This document shows positions 41,403-55,179 of a stretch of DNA of 64,000 bases, one piece after another. The DNA is taken from positions 160,704,001 through 160,768,000 of the forward strand of contig OX597816.1 of assembly GCA_951406725.2 (NCBI GenBank), written 5' to 3'. The notes beneath the pieces are model-generated. The model saw only the letters and a list, made by a program, of their open reading frames with translations, did not search any database and was not told the origin of the DNA. The translations under genes were made by a program, and so were the position numbers. Each line of letters begins with the position of its first letter. Within the stretch, counting starts at the first letter, position 1. Origin of the DNA: Octopus vulgaris. Lineage: Eukaryota.

Positions 41403-41638
41403 TGCTAGATGCAAGAACTATTAAAGATCATAGTAGTTAAGTTGCATGACGAAGGGGAAAAAATCGCTTATTTTTATATTTATATTTATATATTTTCTGT
41501 CTTTCTTGTTTTTCCTCTTTAGAGAACTATGGTGGACAATATAGCCGGCAGTTGACGCGGGAAGACCAACATAAATTTTCATTTGAACTTAGTACTAAAA
41601 TTGTACTACTGCTACTACTACTAATAATAATGTTGGTT

Positions 41639-41673
<35 letters not shown>

Positions 41674-42199
41674 AGCAGCAACAATGGTGATGGAATGAAA
41701 GATCAAAACAAAAAAAGCAAAATATTGCAAGTATTTTTCGTCATTTCCATTCTTTGTTTCGTTCATGATGGTCTTTCCTGCTTTTACCTTTCCTTTTTTT
41801 TTTTTTTTTTTTTTTTTGAAGTCCCCTTTGTTCCAGATTGGTTATTCTATCTCTTGGTCTTTCACATCTTTTACTGTTATCTGTTGGCGGCGGAAAATGA
41901 TGATGGAATTTCTCTTTGTGTTTTATTCAAATAATCTTGGAGCCTATTTCTTTCTTTTATGTTCTTCTGTCATCATTATTGTTTTGTCTTTATATTTTTG
42001 TTTTTTTTTTTCGCTTTTTTTTTACTGCATTTATTTTTTTCTTTAATTTTGTTTTCTCGTGGAACATCATCAATCACTTCGCCTCATCCTTATTTCATAC
42101 TATGTTATACCTTTCTTCCGTTAAATATACCACACACGCATATACATACATATATAAACACATACATGCATACATATATAAAATAAACTATCCTTTCTA

Positions 42200-42597
42200 C
42201 TATATGCACAAGGCTTGAAATTCTTGGGGGAGGGGGACTAGTCAATTACATCGACCCCAGTGCTCAACTGGTACTTATTTCATCGAACCCGGAAAGATGA
42301 AAAGCAAAGTCGACCTCGTCGGAATTTGAACTCAGAACATAAAGACGGACGAAATGCCACTTAGCATTTTGTCCGGCGTGCTAATGATTTTGCCACCTCG
42401 CCCCCTTCAATATATATATATTCTTTTCAACTATAGGCACATGGCACGAAATTTGGGAGGATGGGACCAGTTAATTAGATCGACCCCAGTACGCAGCTGG
42501 TACATAATCTATCGACCCCAAAAGGACGGCAGGTAAAGTCGACCTCGGCGGAATTTGAACTCAGAACGTAGGGACAGACGGAATACCGCTAAGCATT
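42200..42597 (-). mobile_element. Two SINE B-related copies
   Basis: AAAGTCGACCTCG.CGGAATTTGAACTCAGAAC motifs. Confidence 0.8.
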
Positions 42598-42674
42598 ATA
42601 TATATATAATTTTATATATTTCAGCCTTGGGTTTGCAGCTACGCTGGGGCACCAGTAATAATAACTGTTTTCTT

Positions 42675-42908
42675 CTCGAGCCATGCCAGGCTCATAAGGG
42701 CCGGTTTCTTGGTTGCAGTGGCGTATATATTCCCCACTTGGACGGGACGCCGGTCCGTCGCAGGATCATCTCATTTTTGCCGGCTGAGTGGGGTGGAGCA
42801 ACATGAAATGAAGTGTTTTGCTCAAGGAGGCAAGACATCGTCTGGTCCAGGAATCGAAATCACAATCTTACGATCATGAGTCCAACATCCTCACCTCTAA
42901 GCCTCCAC
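42675..42908 (-). mobile_element. tRNA-derived SINE (family E-type body, tail shared with 36531)
   Basis: Minus B box TTCGATTCCTGG; TTGAGCAAAACACTTCATTTCATGTTGCTCCA as in 50467-50810. Confidence 0.75.
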
Positions 42909-42952
42909 TCACACACACATACAAAACACACACGCACAAACACGCATATTTA

Positions 42953-43826
42953 CAGGGTGCGATGGATAAATTGTCACCATTTTATATTTTTAATTTCGCG
43001 CATGCGAATTGTTTGTTTCTCATTTTGTCAACTACACAGAATAGTACGGTCAGTTGGGCACTGCCTATTAGAAAACACCTCCATGACGCAATTCACTCTG
43101 CCAAAAATTTGGAAACGACATGCTGTAATGCTTGGCATTTGTACCGGAAGCTCCAATACGAACATTTCAGAGTGTTTGGGTGTCAATCTGAGGATAGTGC
43201 AATCTCAGGACACGTATCGAGAATGATAGAAATCAAACATCCAGTCAACAACATGTTGTTTGGAGTGACCACTAGTGATGGCGACGTTATGCATCCATCC
43301 ATCTTCCCACACGGCCTCAGACTTAACACGGAAGCCTACACCAAGTTTCCGAAAGAGGCTGTGCTGCCCTGTGCTGAAAGACTCCATGTCTGGCAACAGG
43401 ACTCTGCACCATGCCACACAAGCAGGAGAACCCCTGTCATGGTTGCCAGACAATTTCCATGACCACATCACCCCTAACATCTGTCCACATAACTCCCCAG
43501 ACTGCAACCTCCTTGATTATTATGTGTGGGGCGCAGTTGAGCGAGGTACCAACAAAACTCCCTGTAACATCAAAGATGAACTGAAGGCAAGGATTATGGC
43601 AGCATTCACCAACTTAAACAAGGAAACTGTCCAAAAGAGTTGCAGGCGATTCCGAAGTTGTCTGGAGGCCGTGGTTGAAGCCAACGGCGATTTTATTGAC
43701 TAAATTTACTCTTTAGTATTTCAAGATATTTTTATGCAATTTTGGTAAATATATCTGTTAAAACGAGATGTCAGTGTTATTTTCATTTTTGCATAACTTA
43801 GACGACAGTTTATTCACCGCATCTTG
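42953..43826 (+). mobile_element. maT (DD37D)-type Tc1/mariner transposon, internally deleted
   Basis: TA|CAGGGTGCGATGGATAAATTGTC and GACAGTTTATTCACCGCATCTTG|TA; WQQDSAPCHT...SPDCNLLDYYVWG...ANGDFID with ~37 residues between the last two Asp (across a frameshift). Confidence 0.88.
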
Positions 43827-44025
43827 TAAATACACAGGTGTGTCTCGACGAAGCGCGAAGCAGTGCTTTATATAACTATATACTTGTTACCAGTTCGGAT
43901 ATGTTCGAGACATTTTCGAACTCGTAAGAAGGCCATTCGCTGAATCTTGCCATGGAAAAATATTCTCGCAGTAGACAAACAGGTTCAGACACACCAGGTC
44001 AGTTCGAAGCGCCCTCTAATCCAGA

Positions 44026-44073
44026 TCGCTGAATGCATGCATTTCGAAATAGTTTCCTTCTCATCAGCTTCGA
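44026..44073 (-). ncRNA. Type-I hammerhead motif, intact core
   Basis: Minus: TCGAAG CTGATGA GAAGGAAACTATTTC GAAA TGCATGCA TT CAGCGA; palindromic stem III, two mismatches in stem I. Confidence 0.58.
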
Positions 44074-44640
44074 ACACTACCTTTTTGAATATATCGAGAA
44101 TGTTTCCCCATGATAGAATGCAATGAATAGTGCTCTTTGCATACCTTAAACATATTTGAACAAGTAATAAGTTTGTGTGGGGGTGGGGTGTACGCTAGGT
44201 AATAGTTGACAGTAGTTTCAAGATTACTGCTTACGTATCATATATTTTTCTTTTGGCACAGACTGAAGTTCATCTGGTGGGTGAAGCGATGTATATGCAA
44301 ATTAGGTGCGACGCAACTACAAATCCGGACCCAGTTTTACAGACAATCCGAAATGAACCCATGGAATAATATATAAACAAATAACAATTCCCCCGCATTA
44401 AATTTAGTTAATCCAGTAGTTGTTGGCAAATGAATAGAAACTTCTGTCAAACTATAAAAAACGTATCTCAACCATACTTTTCGTTTTACCCCACTCTTCA
44501 AACATATACTCTTCCCCTTTCTTCCTACTTACTCATTTTCCCCACACCTAATTTGCATATAACTCTCTCCACCCACCGGATATACCCGCTAAAAAAAAGC
44601 AATTATATATAAAGCTTCAAAAACCAATGTGAGTAATTTC

Positions 44641-44678
44641 CTGATGATGGCTGATACCCCGAAACTTTGAAATCACTG
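44641..44678 (+). ncRNA. Hammerhead motif (family of 28664)
   Basis: CTGATGA TGGCTGATACCCC GAAA CTTTGAAA TC ACTG. Confidence 0.55.
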
Positions 44679-45321
44679 TCCATTTTATCTTTGTATGGCT
44701 GAATTAATACAGTAAGCTAAATACGGTAAATACAACAAAAATACAATATAAAGAGAGAAGCTAGCAAGATGCAAATAATAAAAAAAACAGTTAGGTTATT
44801 ATGGGAGAAACAGGAGAAGAATGTGAAAGGGTAAAAGTTGGGGGACGAGTAGAATCTGATAGAATAGAGAAAAGAAGGCCCCCAGGGACACGCCTCACCC
44901 AATGCGTATATTATATAAAATCATATTATAATAAAAGATATATATATTATATGTAAGTATGTATATATATATATATGTGTGTGTGTATGTGTGTGTATTA
45001 TATGTAAGTATGTATGTATACATAGACTTTTTCATATAACTGTAATTAATTCTTCACTGCTCATATACATGCATATAGAAATACACATACGCCCGAACGC
45101 TTAGACACACACACACGAGTATACGCACACACGTATATAAGAATGTGACCTTAATATCCACAAAAATGCATTGAGGCTGTCATTTAATGTTACAAAAGTA
45201 CGAAAGGAACGGTAAACAGATGCCAGTACTAAAAATTATTTTCTTGTTTTCAGGCTCTTTAATTCTTGCCACGCATTGTTTCCCTCGTTCCTAATGTTCT
45301 TCCGACGAGTTGAGTCTATAT

Positions 45322-46036
45322 CAGGGCCGGCCGAATCTGAGGTCTTCGGACCACATGCTGCTCGAACACTTTTATCTTGCGGCTCGTTTGAAACTTTCTT
45401 GAAATGGCTTTATTTAAACAAACAGTTTTAAAATTTTATCAAAAATTAAAGATTGTAAGGAAAAGTAAAAAAGAAAGATACTACTGTTTTTGTAACGGTA
45501 ATGGAAGCACTCCGTCGGTTACGACGACGAGGGTTCCGGTTGATCCGAATCAACGGAACAGCCTGCTCGTGAAATTAACGTGTAAGTGGCTGAGCACTCC
45601 ACAGACACGTGTACCCTTAACGTAGTTCTCGGGGATATTCAGCGTGACACAGAGAGTGACAAGGCTGGCCCTTTGAAATACAGGTACAACAGAAACAGGA
45701 AGTAAGAGTGAGAGAAAGTTGTGGTGAAAGAGTACACCATCCCCTGCCGGAGCCTCATGGAGCTTTTAAGTGTTTTCGCTCAATAAACACTTACAACGCC
45801 CGGTCTGGGAATCGAAACCGCGATCCTATGACCGCGAGTCCGCTGCCCTAACCACTGGGCCACTGCGCCTCCACGCAACGGTAATATTTCATGTTGAATC
45901 AACGATCATTCATTCGTTTTTGTAATAATAGCATGAGAAAGCAAAATGCTTTCAATTCTGTCAGTATAGAAGCGGCCCTCATAAAACTTTCTGTGATTAA
46001 AGGGGCCCGCAATGTAATTCGAGTTGGCCAGGCCTG
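45322..46036. mobile_element. hAT-like MITE with perfect 8-bp TSD, hosting a SINE C
   Basis: GTCTATAT at 45314-45321 and 46037-46044; ends CAGGGCCGGCC / GGCCAGGCCTG. Confidence 0.82.
45503..45874 (-). mobile_element. Full-length SINE family C
   Basis: Reverse complement of 6510-6898; TSD AACGGTAAT. Confidence 0.92.
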
Positions 46037-46214
46037 GTCTATATCAACAAATCACTGTGTTGTGGGTCCCGCAGAGTTTATGGTGAGCTGAGATCAGAAG
46101 GCAGTTTCAGTTCGAAAAGCTGATTGGTTTCATTTATCCTATTAATGATGGTGAGAAAAGCTTAATCGTTACATCCATCACCTGCATCATCTTAATTAAA
46201 TAGTGGTTTAAAAT

Positions 46215-46520
46215 TTTGGCACAAGGCCAGAAAATTTAGGGGAGGCGGTGAGCGATTACACCGACTCCGTTGCTGAACTGGTACTTATCTACCCCAAAAA
46301 AATGAAAGGCAAAGTCGACCCCGGCAGCATTTGAACTCAAAACATAGAAGCGAATGAAATGTCGCTAGGAGCTTTGCCCACCGAGCTAACGACTCAGCCA
46401 GCTCAACGCCATAAAATTGCAAGTTGATTTGAGCGAGATTTGAACTCAGAACTTAAAGAGCTAGAACAAATACGGTGACACATTTTGTCCGATACTTTCT
46501 AACGATTCTATAAATCGATC
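46215..46520 (-). mobile_element. Degenerate SINE B-related copies
   Basis: GAAAGGCAAAGTCGACC, ATTTGAACTCA motifs. Confidence 0.7.
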
Positions 46521-46575
46521 GCCCAACAATCTCAACTAAATATTGATTTTTGGTGAATAACTAAAGAAAAATCAA

Positions 46576-46734
46576 CAGGAGTGGCTGTGTGGTAAGTAGC
46601 TTGTTTAACAACCACATGGTTCTGGGTTCAGTCCCACTGCGTGGCACCTTGGGCAAGTGTCTTCTACTATAGCCTCGGGCCGACCAAAGCCTTGTGAGTG
46701 GATTTGGTAGACGGAAACTGAAAGAAGCCTGTCG

Positions 46735-46827
<93 letters not shown>

Positions 46828-47025
46828 TTGTCCCCCTAGCATTGCTTGACAACCGATGCTGATGTGCTTATGTCCCCGTTTCTTAGCGGTTCGGCAAAAG
46901 AGACCGATAGAATAAGTACTGGGCTTATAAAAAGAATAAGTCCCGGGGTCGAGTTGCTCGATTAAAGGCGGTGCTCCAGCATGGCCGCAGTCAAATGACT
47001 GAAACAAGTACAAGAGTAAAAGAGT
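46576..47025 (+). mobile_element. Full-length SINE A
   Basis: Matches 18381-18803. Confidence 0.92.
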
Positions 47026-47299
47026 AGGATCTTATGTACAGATGTCACTCTCATCTTCTCCTAAGTGGTGCATCCCCTTATTGGTGGTGGTCGGGCGCCC
47101 TTGGTACTCTAGCACTCAACCATCGCCTGGTTTCGATTACACACAGGAGTACTTTAGTGATGAATCACGTCCACACGCGGGGCATTGCGGCGTGGTTATA
47201 AAGGTCACATTGTAAAGTGTTTGTCTTCGATTCTACCCGGCGACTGGATTCTGTACAAAATAAAGATGAGATCATACAATGATCAATCCGGATTATTTT

Positions 47300-47474
47300 T
47301 ATTCTTTCTTCCTTTCATTCATTCTTTCTTCATTTCTTCCTTTCTTTCTTCTTTTCTTCCTTCCTTCCTTTCTTCCTTCTCCTTTCCTTCCTTTCTTCCT
47401 CCCTTCCTTCCTTTCTTTCTTCTTCCTTCCTTTCTTCTTCCTTCCTTTCTTCTTCCTCCTTCCTTTCTTTCTTC

Positions 47475-47507
<33 letters not shown>

Positions 47508-47745
47508 TGCCCTACTTTCTTTCTTCCTTCTTTTCTTCCTTCCTTCCTTCCTTCCTTCCTTCCTTCCTTCCTGCCCTCCCTCCTTTCTTTCTTCCTTCTT
47601 TTCTTCCTTCCTTGTCTTCCTTTATTTCTTCTGTCTTCCTTTCTTCCTTCCTTTCTTTCTTCTGTCTTCCTTTCTTCCTTTCTTTCTTTCTTTCTTTCTT
47701 CCTTCCTTTCTGTCTTTGTTTGTTTGTTTGTTTCTTCCTTTCCTG
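47300..47745. repeat. (CTTT/CCTT)n polypyrimidine tract
   Basis: Direct reading. Confidence 0.95.
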
Positions 47746-48002
47746 TGATATTCTCGACAAAAGTAAACTATCGCAATTTAGGCAGTTATTAAAAACTAAA
47801 CCGGATCAAAATTCCGACTCTGTATCAATATGAAAAACATAACCCCATTCCAGCAATACTTATATTAAAAACATTGGCGGTGTTTCGTAATGCATCTATC
47901 CCGGTGCTTTATTCTCTAGGCCGGCTCTGCTATCCTAGACAGAAACTACACTGGATTGTTTTCGTAAAGCAGAAAATATGTTTACTTTCATTTCTTATAA
48001 GA

Positions 48003-48590
48003 CGGCGTACTGGCAGAATCGCTACCGAACTGGGCAAAATGTTTAGCGGCATTACGTTCTGAGTTCAAATGTCGTCGGAGTCGACTTTGCTTTTCATCCT
48101 TTCGGATCGATAAAATAAATACCAGCTGAGCACTGGGGTCGATATAATCGACTAAGTCGCTTCTCCGTAACTGCTGGCCTTGTGCCGAAATATGAAACCA
48201 AGAATCACTTCTAATATCAGTACAACGTGTTAGTTTATTAAATCGACCCCAGATGTGGACTCAGTACTATATTTATAATACTGGACTTTGTACTAGTTTG
48301 TAGAACTGGATTTGGTACACAGCACTAAACTTAACACAATATTTTGTCGACCCCTAAGGCGGCGAGCTGGCAGAAACGTTAGCGCGCCCAGGCGAAATGC
48401 GTGGCCGTATTTCGTCTGTCGTTACATTCTGAGTTCAAATTCCGCCGAGGTCGACTTTGCCTTTCATCCTTTCGGGGTCGATAAATAAAGTACCAGTTTC
48501 GCACCGGAGTCGATGTAATCGACTTAATCCGTTTGTCTGTCCTTGTTTGTTCCCTCTATGTTTAGCCCTTTGTGGGCAATAAAGAAATAT
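48003..48590 (+). mobile_element. Two SINE B copies (48003-48200, 48356-48590)
   Basis: Similarity to 26545-26782. Confidence 0.87.
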
Positions 48591-48908
48591 ATATTTTATC
48601 GACCCCGAAATGATAGAATGCAATTTTGATCAGGCTTAGGTTTGAACCTGTAATATAAAGAGATGTAACGGAAGACCGCAAGGAATTTTGTCCACGCTTT
48701 AACTAATCGGATCATCCACTATCCTAAAACATACGCTAACAGGAGAAATTCTGTAATAATTCACAGATAATACGTTCCTTCTAATTATTGAATAATATTT
48801 CTCGAATTTTCTTTTAGATATTTCGAATTATGCTGATTCACGGGAGGTTCGTTTTTCCATGTTTGTTGAGGATTTTTTATGGCTTAGATATATTTAAATT
48901 TAAATAGG

Positions 48909-49314
48909 GATCTCTTCGGTTTGAACGGCAGTTTTTTAAAATAATTTCCACGTAACTAAACACTTTTAAACTTCATATACTGGTAGAATGTGTTTATAAA
49001 ACATCTTTTTCTCTTGGCTTTATTGAGAAAATTCTATAGTTTGTAAGATATTTGTTGTTCTTTTCTTCTTCAAATTCTGCAATTTCAACCAATCAATGAC
49101 GTCTAATTGAGGTGAAAACATTTTGTGCCGTATGAATATGTCCCTCGTTTAAGAAACAGATTGGGTTTATTTACATTTCTGAAGAAAAAAAAATACCCTT
49201 CCCCCCACCCCTAACAGATTGAAATGCAATAGATCGATACTAGGGTCATAATTATGGGTGACAATTTCATATGACACCGCTAGAAAAAAAACTGCCGCTC
49301 AAACTGAAAAGATC
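48909..49314. mobile_element. MITE with ~30-bp TIRs
   Basis: GATCTCTTCGGTTTGAACGGCAGTTTTTT vs AAAAAAACTGCCGCTCAAACTGAAAAGATC. Confidence 0.8.
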
Positions 49315-49849
49315 AGTTCATAGGCTAAATAACTCGAACTGCTCCGGAATAATATGAGAAAGTTTGTTTTACCGTTAAATTTTATGGAAGTTTATTAGAA
49401 TAGCTCACTATTTAATAGTGTAATAGTAATTTAATTAATGCTAATTCTAATTATCAACATACGAACTGAAAGAATAGCAAAAGAAAATTAAAATAAACCG
49501 TCAGTGTTCGCCATTTTGGCAACAATAAAATAAAATAATATTAGTGAAGCAGAATTGGCGCCACCTTTGATTTAGAAGTTTAAATGAATTAGCCTACTTT
49601 AAATAGATAATAATTTTTTCGCAATTTTGTGATAATCTCCATTTTTCTTTAAACTTTCAAGACTATTTAATACTCAACCAGACAAAATCATTTCCGAAAG
49701 AATTTCCATAAAACAAATTGCTTAGAATATATTGAACTGTTGCCAAAACTAAACAAATACGTACGTTTACCCATTTCATGTGCGTTATGAGTGTGTGTGT
49801 GTGTGTGTGTGAGTGTGTGTGTGTGTGTGAATGTGTGTGTGCGTACGTG

Positions 49850-49884
<35 letters not shown>

Positions 49885-50176
49885 ATCTATGCACACACAC
49901 AAAAAGAGGTAGCGGATGATGAGGCGCAGTGATGATAGATTTAGGAATGAAGTCTGTTTTACTCGATTACAGATTTGGTGCTGGAAGACGAACGAGGCCG
50001 ACAGAAGAAAAGGCAATCCCAATCGCTACTTCTGTGAGAAAAAATTCTGTTCTGGGTTTACCTGCCGCTGCGTCACGGTTCATTTTCATTCTCCTTTTGT
50101 CTTTCAAGGTCAGCCATGCGTGCGTTCTCGAAGAGAAAACATACTGGCGAATACACACCACTACCATAGTGGCGTA

Positions 50177-50393
50177 CGAGGGAGTGCTGAGAAGTTCCTT
50201 GCATTGGGTAAAAGAAAATACAGGAGGATCAGTTAATTATGATTTTATTTAACGTATTCCCTTCTCAGATTCACACACTTATTGCAGCGGACCTTCAGTT
50301 TTTCAAAGCCCTGCAAAAGAACTCGGAAGGTTGGGCCCCCAACCAAGCCTTTCGTGACACCCTTAAAACCAGGAACTTTTCAGCACCCCTTCG
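50177..50393. mobile_element. Mariner-derived MITE
   Basis: TA|CGAGGGAGTGCTGAGAAGTTCC and GGAACTTTTCAGCACCCCTTCG|TA. Confidence 0.85.
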
Positions 50394-50466
50394 TAGTAGA
50401 GTGGTACACTAGGCAATAATTATTTAATTAACAGTATATTGTGTGATACAGTGTACAGAAATAATA

Positions 50467-50810
50467 GGAGGAGAACCCCCCTTCGGTCATAAATGACCAT
50501 GGGATTGCACCTAGAAAGTTACCCTCCGAGGCACAAGTCAGGGCAAGATTGCTTGTGGAAGGCTAGTAGTTGCCCATGCATACCAGCCTCCCCTCTCCAT
50601 ACCACTGATGTTATCCAGGGGAAAGGATAAATGCCTGATACAGCTTGGCACCAGTGATGTCGCAACTCATTTCTACAGCTGAGTTAACTGGAGCAATGTG
50701 AAATAAAGTGTCTTGCTCAAGAACACAACACACAGCTCGGTCCGGGAATCGAACTCACAACCTCACGATCGTAAGCTCTACGCTCTAACAACTGAGCCAT
50801 GCGCCTTCAC
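50467..50810 (-). mobile_element. tRNA-derived SINE family E with 12-bp TSD
   Basis: Minus A box TGGCTCAGTTG, B box GTTCGATTCCC; ACAGAAATAATA at 50455-50466 and 50811-50822. Confidence 0.9.
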
Positions 50811-53230
50811 ACAGAAATAATACTTCACCAACAATACATGGTGAAAACGTCTTTCGTAAAATCCAGAGCATAAATAACGACTTTTTCTATCAAGTACTTG
50901 AAAAATCTAATAACGAAGAAACATTTCACTGACATAAGGAGCTCATATTCAACGGAAAGCCTTTTGCTTGTTTTTTCCTTTCGTGATAAAACTAGCGTAA
51001 TTGCGGTAAAATAGCTGACGTAGACTATTTTATGAGCCAAGATAATTTTAAAAAGCTACATTTGTACTCTGTTGGGGTGGGTTTTGTAAAGTATTTTCCT
51101 TACAGTGAAGATAACTAACCATGAAATACGTAGATTTTAAGTTGAGGTAAAAATGCAGTTCAAATTAAATTTATTCTTGATTTCTTTTTAATGGACGATA
51201 ATCTCTTCAATAACGTTGGAGGGTTTTACTTAAATATTTATTACTTCGTTAGAGAAATAAAAGCAGGACCCCTGGCCATTTATAAGGTCCCTGAATCTGA
51301 CGAATGGGAAGAAAGAAACCAGTGAGTCATGGGTTACCGAGAGACATTCCATGTAAAGCAGCACCGTGTTATACTGAAACCATAATCCTGGTTCGAATAA
51401 TTTTAGCTGAGTGAAATCCGCTTCACCCCAGGGCCGAGATGTTGGATTACAGAACAGAAATAATCTATATGGTTCTTATTGCTATTGTTTATCTCTATGT
51501 CAGTTCTGATTGAATAGACATGTAATCAAAGGTGCTCCAGTAATCTCCACCCCTTCATCATTTAAGGCAGAATGTATCCAGCACTATACTACGCAACGTG
51601 TCGTTCTCTCTTAAATCAATGAGTGATTTAAGAGAATTTTGGTTGCTATCTCTAGCAGGTCAAGCGGTTGTAGGAAATCCTTTGTACGCAGTTTAAAATT
51701 GAGTCCTTTTCCAAATTTTATTTCTAGCAGGTCAAGAGATTATAAGAAACACTCTGGCTCCGAGTGAAATTTCACTCTATTTTTCAAATTAAAAATCGCC
51801 TTTTTGACGAAGCTCTCTAAAAATCCATCCGAAAACAGCAGTTCAAACTGTAAGACCCCAAAAGTAATTTTATCAGAAATTACTTTGAACACTCCATGAA
51901 GCATTAATAAATTTCTATAAACTGCAAGCTTGTCTTGTGACATTAATCATGCGAATGTTGATGTATTACTTACGTCAGTAAGCGATTATTTCTTTCTTTT
52001 AAAAAATCTCCGCTTGTGTGTGTTTATTCTGTTTTATTGCATAATGTTATTGGTAATGAATAATCACTGAATTTAAATTTGTGTCTAAGCTGTTTATCGA
52101 TTGTGTCATTAAAGATAAAGTGCAATGATTTTGAATGCTGTTGACATTTACGGTTCATTTGCCTATTTTTATTAAAGATTTTGAATCAATATTGTAATGT
52201 TAGTACAAATACGAAAAAAAATAACTCTGGTAAAAGTTCTTCGTCCAGTGAAGAATGTACAGATAATTATATTATATATATTTTATGCACAATACCACGT
52301 GAATCAGAAAGATTGAAATAAATTTTAATATTTGAAAACCTGGCTGCGGTAAACACATTCTCTCTATGTGATAAAGGAAAACAAACAGTGAACATTCTCC
52401 TGACGGACCATCTCACGGTTCGGTGACTGTTCCTTAGAGAAGGCTCCTTTCCTCTATCAGTCGCACAGAATATTCATCGTTATTACATAATGCAGACATA
52501 GCTAAGGCTATCACCGTAGTGGATAGCTTAATCTGCATATTTGTACTTTCGACAGTTCGCCGTTAATGAAACAATAAATATTTTATGCATAAATGATTGT
52601 TTTTATAGGAGTAACTGAAAACTGTTTTATTTGTAATGAATCAGTTATAATATATAAAAAGTACAGTATTGACCAAACATAAGGAATAAGAAAAACTGAA
52701 AGAATTTCATATTTAGATAAGTTTTTATCTTTAAAAGAATTTTCATGAAAACAACGACGGTATGTGAGTTAATTACAACGAAAGAGAAATTACACATCGA
52801 ATGCGAGCTTGTTAAAAAGCGTGAAGTATTTATGTTCTGACTTAAACTCCATAAAAGCTAAATTGTTTGAGAATAGCTTATAGTTATGAACAGTTTCTGA
52901 TGATATGGAAAACGTGGTTAACGATGTCCAGGTATCTTTGAAACGAGTAGCATTGAGTATTTGTGTTTTATCCTTTAAATGTGGATAAGATAATGTGTGT
53001 GCCTGAGTGTGTGTGTGTGTAAATATTTGTATGTGGCATAATATTAAACTTTATGTAATAATCTATAAACTTTCGAGAGAACGTGAAATAACTGGATTTC
53101 GAAGTCCGTTAATGTTATAATGTAGGATTGAAAAATTCCTTTGGACAGAAAAAGTCGAAGGCTGTCCCTAGGACACGAACACTATACTTTCTATATTGGG
53201 AAGAAGACCAATATTTATATCTCATAGCAT

Positions 53231-53630
53231 AAGGCGGCGAGCTGGCAGAAACGTTAGCACGCCGGGCGAAATGCGTAGCCGTATTTCGTCTGCCGTTACG
53301 TTCTGAATTCAAATTCCGCCGAGGTCTACTTTGCCTTTCATCCTTTCGGGGTCGATTAAATAAGTACCAGTTACGCACTGGGGTCGATGTAATCGACTTA
53401 AATCCATTTGTCTGTCCTTGTTTGTCCTCTCTGTGTTTAACCCCTTGTAGGTAGTAAAAATATAGGTATCTCGTCTGTCTTTACGTTCTGAGTTCAAATT
53501 CCGCCGAGGTCGACTTTGCCTTTCATCCTTTCGAGGTCGATAATTTAAGTACCAGTTGCGTACTGGAGTCAATCTAATCGACTGGCCCCTCTCCAAAAGT
53601 TTCGGGTCTTGTGCCTGGAGTAGAAAAGAT
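53231..53630 (+). mobile_element. Dimeric SINE B
   Basis: Second unit begins at ATAGGTATCTCGTCTG (~53462). Confidence 0.88.
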
Positions 53631-54044
53631 TATTTATAGCATTCGTGTGCTTTGAGAAAAAGAATTAAACTTTACGACGAGAGAAAATATTTTGGCTTTT
53701 CGACTCATGCATGAGACTGCAGTGGCAGGGATCTTTTTTTTACAATGGGGTGGATGGGTTGGTGAAACTAGCAATAAGTGATAATGGTTTATGTTACGAA
53801 TAGGTTAGCTGCATAATTACGGAGAGAAGGTTTCAGACTTGTTGCATTAATCAAGAAAGAATTGGAAATTTGTCAGTAACGTGTCATTGTCTTATTCACC
53901 ATCAAAATGTATGCGTACGTTCTCTGAGAATGAATGATGAACAAAGAATGACTGAATAATGTATTATTCATTCACTATGAATGAATATTATTATTCATTC
54001 ATTGTTCATTGAATGAATAATGAATGAATCATTACCACCAACAT

Positions 54045-54300
54045 TATCTGATCGAGCTTGCTCGGACGTTTTTAACTCACACATACTATCCATGGTATTG
54101 CATTAACTGAAGGAGGTTTTTGGAGAGGCATCTAGTGTTTCTGGTGAGTTTATCTGCATATGTTGTGTTCGGACGACCTGCTCAAGTATGGCCATGCTTT
54201 GGCATCCACAGCAGTAGGTCATTTGCCATCTCTTGTCTAGCTCGCCAACAATGTCCCCCAAAGCAAGTGCCTTTCCCTTATAATGCTGGTAACTACGTGA
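54045..54300 (-). mobile_element. RTE/RTE-X LINE 3' fragment
   Basis: Minus translation GHCWRARQEMANDLLLWMPKHGHT*AGRPNTTYADKL...VRASS. Confidence 0.75.
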
Positions 54301-54536
54301 CTTAGAATATTTAGTCGTTATCTCAAGCCACGTAAATTAACGTAAATTGAAATTAATTTATTTATTATCTCCCTTCTTGCCAATATCAAGAGCTTTAAAT
54401 CAATGTTATACTTGTTCGTAACTTAACTGAAAAATCACTTCAACATTGAAAGGACAGAAACCAGAATCAGTGTTGGATTATACAGTAGAGCCTGGAATAA
54501 AGAAATATATATATATATAAAACAAAAAAATATATA

Positions 54537-54772
<236 letters not shown>

Positions 54773-54793
54773 TCCAGAAAGCTTCATTCTTTT

Positions 54794-54939
54794 TTCAAAT
54801 TCCGCCGAGGTCGACTTTGCCTTTCATCCTTTTGGGGTCGATAAATTAAGTACCAGTTACGCACTGGGGTCGATCTAATCGACTTAATCCATTTGTCTGT
54901 CCTTGTTTGTCACCTTTGTGGGCAATAAAGAAATAAGAC
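54794..54939 (+). mobile_element. 5'-truncated SINE B with 14-bp TSD
   Basis: AGCTTCATTCTTTT on both sides. Confidence 0.87.
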
Positions 54940-55179
54940 AGCTTCATTCTTTTGGGTTCATTTCATAGGGGTTTTCGAGATTTACAAAACTATGAGCGCG
55001 AACCAAAAATATTTTTTAAATAATTATTTCTATATGATTGCGAGACGAAGCTCCTGATTCCTTGCAACTCGAGTTAATTCATTTACAATCAGATAATACT
55101 TTGTTATTTAAATTTATTATGCTTTAGCTATTTTGGAATACCTTTGTAGATATTTAAAGATACCAGTACTTAATAAATG

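Noticed and set aside
47185-47833. Long Phe/Leu/Ser-rich membrane-like ORFs
   Set aside because: Product of the (CTTT/CCTT)n tract.
51740-51943. 67-aa non-repetitive ORF (also the minus-strand stretch at 62780-63170)
   Set aside because: Short or stop-interrupted with no motif I recognise; cannot support a call.
52897-52949. CTGATGA...GAAACGAGTA hammerhead-like motif
   Set aside because: Core words are present, but stem I and the base of stem II do not pair convincingly.
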